Positions 59,456 to 64,000 of a DNA stretch of 64,000 nucleotides are shown here, piece by piece. Each line of letters starts with the position of its first letter. The stretch's first letter is position 1. Origin of the DNA: an uncultured virus (IMG/VR IMGVR_UViG_3300027892_000017) (Duplodnaviria; Heunggongvirae; Uroviricota; Caudoviricetes); the IMG/VR virus record IMGVR_UViG_3300027892_000017, positions 62,001 to 126,000 of that record; one strand, given 5' to 3'. Both the position numbers and the translations under genes were made by a program. Under the pieces are notes generated by a model that was given only the letters and a program-made list of their open reading frames with translations, made no database searches and was not told where the DNA came from.

Positions 59456-60336
59456 AAATCTTCTATCCTTTCATGTATCCAAAAGTCTTGTTGTAATTGT
59501 TCTTGCCAAAAATTGTTGTTAGTTAGGTTTTCAATAGTATCAACAATCATATTATGATATGCTTCTTCTGGGCACCAACCTAGTTCAAAACGTTCTACGC
59601 TACCATCTTCCATTGTAAATTTAATAGAGCTATCGTCTTCATGCATATTAGCCCAATCTGCTAGTAAAGTCCATTTATTACCAAATAACAGATGGCAACG
59701 ATCATCCACATCGTATGTCCCATTAGGATTTATAGTTCCATATTCAGTACTTTTAATATTTTCCAGATTATGACATTGTAGTGAGTGTCTTCCAGTTTGT
59801 TGTTCTTTTAGCCAGTTTGGATTCATAGCAACATAAAGACTTAGTAAGTGTGGCATTAGATCTCTACTAACTCCGCCAAACGCTAATTTTTTAGTAGTAA
59901 ACCAGCTGCCTGGATTGGGAATACAATTTTTCCTACTCCAAAATATGTCTACAGTCTTTGCTTTAGCGGCTAATTCCTTTAATTCACTTATATTACTACG
60001 CCACATGTTATTTTTAACCATCATGAAGCGTGTATTGCTAAATGTTTGAACCAATGTAGCCCAGTTTTCTGATCGAGCAACACCAGGTTTTTCAACAAAT
60101 ACAATTTTACTTACAGGTGCAACTCGGGTTGCAATGTCAAAATGTGTAAAGTTAGGTGTACAAATATGTACAGTATCAAACGGAGCATACAATAGTATAG
60201 CAGAATCAATACTGGGTAACATTGCACCTTTTGTAATATCCTGATCCACAGTAATAACTTCGTGGCCAAGTTTGTCTAGCACAGATTTGTACAAGTTTCC
60301 AATACCCATACCAATGACTAGACTACGCTTGCTCAT
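59452..60336 (-). CDS. Gfo/Idh/MocA family oxidoreductase
   Basis: VIGMG, ICTPNFTH, FVEKP, GGVSRDLMPH. Confidence 0.88.
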   Translation of the reverse strand: MSKRSLVIGMGIGNLYKSVLDKLGHEVITVDQDITKGAMLPSIDSAILLYAPFDTVHICTPNFTHFDIATRVAPVSKIVFVEKPGVARSENWATLVQTFSNTRFMMVKNNMWRSNISELKELAAKAKTVDIFWSRKNCIPNPGSWFTTKKLAFGGVSRDLMPHLLSLYVAMNPNWLKEQQTGRHSLQCHNLENIKSTEYGTINPNGTYDVDDRCHLLFGNKWTLLADWANMHEDDSSIKFTMEDGSVERFELGWCPEEAYHNMIVDTIENLTNNNFWQEQLQQDFWIHERIEDL

Positions 60337-60568
60337 TTTTCTTTTCCTCGTAGGATTTAAACATTCGAGTTACCTCTTCCATGCGTTTGGCAAACACATG
60401 CGGGCTTGCTTCTGCGGCCTGCTCCATATCCCAGTCGCTAGGATAATGACGCAAACAACTTCTAGCGCCGTCTTTAATTGCTTTTGGAACTCGAGGAGTA
60501 GTTAGAATCTCAAGTAAAAACTTTTGAGTCTGCAATACTGCTCGATATCTTTCATCAGGTAGCGTCAT
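60323..60568 (-). CDS. Small protein, BPSL0761-family-like
   Basis: MTLPDERYRA...LRHYP pattern. Confidence 0.55.
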   Translation of the reverse strand: MTLPDERYRAVLQTQKFLLEILTTPRVPKAIKDGARSCLRHYPSDWDMEQAAEASPHVFAKRMEEVTRMFKSYEEKKNEQA

Positions 60569-62132
60569 CTTCTTTCTCGATTTCAGTTTCTAGTTCATCA
60601 AGTTTGTTAATTTCATCTTCACTAAATTCATCGCTATGTTCAACAACTGGTTGTGCAACAACTGGAGCAGTTTCTACAACCTCAAACAAGTTTTCAAAAT
60701 TTGTATGAGCATTGATAGCTTTCTTACCACTTGCGCCACGTGTACCAATAACACGATTCCAAAAGAATCTAAATTCATCGATAACTTTTAACGCAGTACC
60801 TTTGTCGCTTGTAGCAAACAATGCTTCAACAATGTCTTTAAAGAATATCTGATCAAAACGTTCGTCAACTAACATATTAGGGCAACGACCAGCATCATAT
60901 TGTCTGTTGGCTTCTTGAACAGCGTTCAAATGCATCCAAACATTATGACCCATCATAATGCCATAACTAAAACTATCCCACGATGTTTTATTAACTTGTC
61001 CAAACTTGTTAGTATCGCCTGGGCCGTAAATGCAAATTTCATTGAGTTTAATCTGATCAATAATGGGACTAGATTCAAATACTTTTAAAATGCCATCTTG
61101 AATAACTGCGTCTTTATACAAACGTGTATCGTTAGCATACTTCTTGTCATCAGCACTTGATGTCATTCTGTATGTCCATTTTTTACGATCTTCTGTTTCT
61201 GTTTGAATATAAATCTGTCCGTTAGCAGTTGCTAAGAACGGGCTTGCACAGTCAAAGCTGATACTAAAGTTTTCGTTATGATGTTTGCGAACAACACGTT
61301 GAATATCTGTAAGTAATACTGCCCATTCTAATTTACTTGTACCTAAAAAGTGCATCCAATCTTGATGACCTTTTTCTAACAATCCATCAAAACGTAATTC
61401 AACTAATCGTCTTAGTACAAGCTCGACATCACACATGTTCTGGCCACCCATACCCCAGCCATTAAATGCACGATCACCGTATTGCTTTGGATCACAATAC
61501 TTTTTCATGCGATCATACCAGTCATCTGCTTGACCGTGATTCTCGCCTTGTAATACGTTTAAGAACTTGCAATTGCCGTTTCGATTATTAACAAAGTAAT
61601 CATTATTAATATATGTGCCATTAACTGCATCAGCATAACTGCTAATGCCGATTAGTTTAGGACTTTCTGGATTTTTAGCAGTCCAACTTGGAATATCAAG
61701 ACACATACCATAGTCCATTAAGGTATCCATCCAAGCTAAAACTTGTTTACGCTTTTTCATTGCACGTGGACAGTTGGGATCTTTCCAATCACCAGTCCAT
61801 TTGCCTTTACCAATTTGGAAACCACCAGAGTCACCTAACACCCAAGATGTATTGCGATCTCTGTTACGGAACATATCCTCTTTTGGATCAAACTTATTCA
61901 AGTCTAAGTTAGCATGTCCAGCACTATACAAGCACCAGTGATAATAAAATGCACCCTTGTCTGGATCCAAATAGTTGAGACTCTCCGCACCGTGTGCAAA
62001 TGATGGCGGAATACGAGTGGGGTCTACATAATTAAAATGACGTTGTTTACCAACAAACGTCGAATAAAATGTCGACGTTGCTGGCAAAAACTTTGCGTAA
62101 TCGCTTTGTGTAGCCGTTAAGTTTGTATTCAT
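60555..62132 (-). CDS. dpdA: TGT-fold deazaguanine DNA transglycosylase-like protein (DpdA-like)
   Basis: DSGGFQ, LDIP, VLQG, GMGG, HFLG and SFDC TGT motifs. It lacks the C-terminal CxCxxC Zn site of tRNA TGTs and lies near folE/queE. Confidence 0.8.
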   Translation of the reverse strand: MNTNLTATQSDYAKFLPATSTFYSTFVGKQRHFNYVDPTRIPPSFAHGAESLNYLDPDKGAFYYHWCLYSAGHANLDLNKFDPKEDMFRNRDRNTSWVLGDSGGFQIGKGKWTGDWKDPNCPRAMKKRKQVLAWMDTLMDYGMCLDIPSWTAKNPESPKLIGISSYADAVNGTYINNDYFVNNRNGNCKFLNVLQGENHGQADDWYDRMKKYCDPKQYGDRAFNGWGMGGQNMCDVELVLRRLVELRFDGLLEKGHQDWMHFLGTSKLEWAVLLTDIQRVVRKHHNENFSISFDCASPFLATANGQIYIQTETEDRKKWTYRMTSSADDKKYANDTRLYKDAVIQDGILKVFESSPIIDQIKLNEICIYGPGDTNKFGQVNKTSWDSFSYGIMMGHNVWMHLNAVQEANRQYDAGRCPNMLVDERFDQIFFKDIVEALFATSDKGTALKVIDEFRFFWNRVIGTRGASGKKAINAHTNFENLFEVVETAPVVAQPVVEHSDEFSEDEINKLDELETEIEKEDDAT

Positions 62133-62863
62133 TACTTAGATTGAGCTGGAAGAATATAGTTGTATTCTGTAATACCACTATCAACTGTAATTTGCATAGC
62201 GCCTTGATCACTAATGCGTACTGTGCTCTTACCATCTAAGTTAAGAATACTAATAACAGCGTTAATTGGCCATGACCATGTGTGTTTCAATTTACCAACA
62301 ACATTTGGTTGGAATACAAAGTTACCAGCGTGTGTACTTGCATCACCAAAACTTACAACTAAATTGCCATTGTCTGTTTTGACTTGGAACACGTTTTCTT
62401 CTGTATGTGCAGCCGCTTGCAATTTCAAACGACTGATTGAGCTCAGTGAAGGTTCAAATTCAATGTCCCAACCGTTGCCTTTGTACTTGACGCTTTTTAA
62501 CTTTTCGTTAATAACTTCAGTACTCATAAATCTATAATCGTTAACAAAGTCGCCAGTTGCATTTTCAAAGTGCAAACTTGTTGGAATATCTACGCCGTTG
62601 CGTTGACTAGTAACAACATTAATCTTTGCGTTTTCTTTATATTCTGGATTCTTCAAGTGTAGTGCTAATTTGTCTAAGTTAGGCATACCAAATACGCCTG
62701 CAAATTCAGTAACTACCTTGTGTGTTTTAGCATTAACAATAACGCTACGGTCTTCTGCCATTGATTCAATAGTTGTTTCTCCGTTCTCACCAGAAACTTT
62801 AACTGTTGGCAAAAAGCCTAGGCTATGTGTATGTGCTACGATGTCTTGTAAAATGTTTTTCAT
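62132..62863 (-). CDS. Probable DNA polymerase sliding clamp
   Basis: About 243 aa with a two-domain-like size and C-terminal Y.YILPA; close to the DNA polymerase gene; GGAG RBS before the ATG at 62863. Confidence 0.55.
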   Translation of the reverse strand: MKNILQDIVAHTHSLGFLPTVKVSGENGETTIESMAEDRSVIVNAKTHKVVTEFAGVFGMPNLDKLALHLKNPEYKENAKINVVTSQRNGVDIPTSLHFENATGDFVNDYRFMSTEVINEKLKSVKYKGNGWDIEFEPSLSSISRLKLQAAAHTEENVFQVKTDNGNLVVSFGDASTHAGNFVFQPNVVGKLKHTWSWPINAVISILNLDGKSTVRISDQGAMQITVDSGITEYNYILPAQSK

Positions 62864-62881
62864 ATGGGTCTCCAAGTTTGT

Positions 62882-62910
62882 ATTTTAACTGATATTGACG
62901 CTTGTGTCAA
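62882..62910 (-). promoter_or_regulatory. Sigma70 promoter TTGACA-N17-TAAAAT
   Basis: Overlaps the end of the UDP-sugar dehydrogenase gene, upstream of the clamp-dpdA run. Confidence 0.75.
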
Positions 62911-63679
62911 CACCTTTTTTTACTTTTTTGTTGTACTCTATTACCGTTTCCAATAAATCAAATTTTTGATCTAATGAATTAATGTAATGAATAAACGCCG
63001 ATGTATCTTTTGGAAAGCAATGCCCTCCCCAACCTCTTTCACCATCAGGTCCGGGAACCATGCTGTGACTTGTGCCAATTCGGTTATCTTGGCAAATTAA
63101 GTGTCTAACAATATCAAAGTCATGTCCACTTGCCTCACATATATCATATATGTGATTAAAGAACGATACTTTCATTGCTAAAAAACTATTTGTTGCGTAT
63201 TTGATAATTGCAGCTTCTTCAATTGAACACTTGTGTACTACTAACAAGTTTGGCATTGCTCCCCTAAAAGCACAGTGCCAAAAATCCAACGGATCATCAC
63301 CGCCAATAATCATATACTTTTGCTTGGCAAAATCTTCAATTGCTGACTTTGCTCTTAAAAACTCTGGACTATACGCAATGCTATGTTCAGAATATTTTTC
63401 TGTAATAGCTTTAAGTTTGTCTGGACTTACTGTGCTTTTAATTAAGATTGGCATATGAACTGGTGTTTGACTAATAACGTCTAACACGTTGCTGATATCA
63501 CAATCCCCATTATCGTCACTAGGGGTATTAACACAGATAATAATTCCAGCGGCATCATAATGATCTGAAATTTTAACTTCAGTGAGTGCTGGATCAACTA
63601 CTTCAGTTTCATAAGTGTATTTTAAAGCAGCCTTAACTGCCTTACCTACAAATCCGTAACCTGCAATAATAAATTTCAT
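62885..63679 (-). CDS. UDP-glucose/GDP-mannose dehydrogenase family protein (short form)
   Basis: GYGFVG, ICVNTP, IKSTV, PEFLR, KYATNSFLA.K, catalytic GGHCFPKD. Confidence 0.9.
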   Translation of the reverse strand: MKFIIAGYGFVGKAVKAALKYTYETEVVDPALTEVKISDHYDAAGIIICVNTPSDDNGDCDISNVLDVISQTPVHMPILIKSTVSPDKLKAITEKYSEHSIAYSPEFLRAKSAIEDFAKQKYMIIGGDDPLDFWHCAFRGAMPNLLVVHKCSIEEAAIIKYATNSFLAMKVSFFNHIYDICEASGHDFDIVRHLICQDNRIGTSHSMVPGPDGERGWGGHCFPKDTSAFIHYINSLDQKFDLLETVIEYNKKVKKGVDTSVNIS

Positions 63680-63680
63680 A

Positions 63681-64000
63681 TTAAAATTCGAACAGTTTAT
63701 TAAACGTGTTCTTCTCCTCTGTACTTTGCACGTCCCACTTCAATACACCAATCAAGTTATCAAGTTTATTATCAATAATTGATTGTTCCATTTCTGCGTG
63801 GTCAAAAGGCAAATCTTTAAACCATTGCGGCAAACGCAATTCATCTACTGGGTAAGCAACGCTAGTATACCCTAATGGATTTTGTTTTACTTTACAAACA
63901 ATAACTTTCATACCGTCTACAATTTGTTGACTGTACTTGTCGTCCATCATACGCTTTAGAGTATTCCAGTTAATGCTTGCTCGAACGTGACCAGGCATAT
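63681..64000 (-). CDS. Family B DNA polymerase, C-terminal fragment (runs off the window)
   Basis: PGHVRASINWN...I.DG.K is typical of the T4 gp43-like C-terminus; ends in a clamp-binding-like NKLFEF. Confidence 0.8.
   Translation of the reverse strand, partial: MPGHVRASINWNTLKRMMDDKYSQQIVDGMKVIVCKVKQNPLGYTSVAYPVDELRLPQWFKDLPFDHAEMEQSIIDNKLDNLIGVLKWDVQSTEEKNTFNKLFEF

Noticed and set aside
60555..62132. Ordinary tRNA-guanine transglycosylase (tgt)
   Set aside because: It lacks the C-terminal Zn motif and sits among replication genes, with no queA/queF or tRNAs in the window. A DNA-directed role fits better, though it is unproven.
42085..63458. Short + strand and nested ORFs inside the - strand arm
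   Set aside because: They are fully overlapped by well-supported genes on the - strand.
1..64000. Stop-codon reassignment as seen in some large phages
   Set aside because: Standard-code ORFs tile the window densely, including a 13.3 kb ORF, with no systematic fragmentation.
1..64000. tRNA, rRNA, CRISPR arrays, introns or inteins
   Set aside because: Intergenic gaps are mostly under 100 nt. I recognised no cloverleaf, repeat-spacer array or intein/homing-endonuclease motif by eye; a covariance-model search was not possible.

Overview
This is a 64 kb segment of a large, AT-rich, T4-like (myovirus-type) phage genome. It uses the standard genetic code, and I saw no tRNA, CRISPR array or mobile element. 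The window has two converging arms. The + strand carries a baseplate/tail module at 1-28.4 kb (gp53-, hub-, gp5-, gp25- and gp6-like genes, a 4437-aa modular protein, and three fibres sharing one N-terminal module) behind TAAATA late-type promoters. It then carries a 13.5 kb operon at 28.4-41.9 kb behind a perfect sigma70 promoter, encoding 4 glycosyltransferase-like proteins, a methyltransferase, 6 radical-SAM enzymes and a QueC-like PP-loop ATPase, mostly as paralogous pairs. The - strand (41.9-64 kb) carries thyX, a MoxR/VWA pair, an RNase H-like nuclease, the DNA polymerase end and a probable sliding clamp. It also carries a 7-deazaguanine DNA-modification set (dpdA-like TGT, folE, queE, and a T-fold protein with an LxxxHRHxF motif) interleaved with a GT-B glycosyltransferase, UDP-sugar dehydrogenase, two oxidoreductases, a PRTase, a HIT protein and a methyltransferase. 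The two best candidates for undescribed systems are (1) a deazaguanine-plus-sugar DNA hypermodification pathway and (2) the paired GT/radical-SAM assembly line beside the tail fibres. All functional calls come from motifs recognised by eye; no database searches were run.
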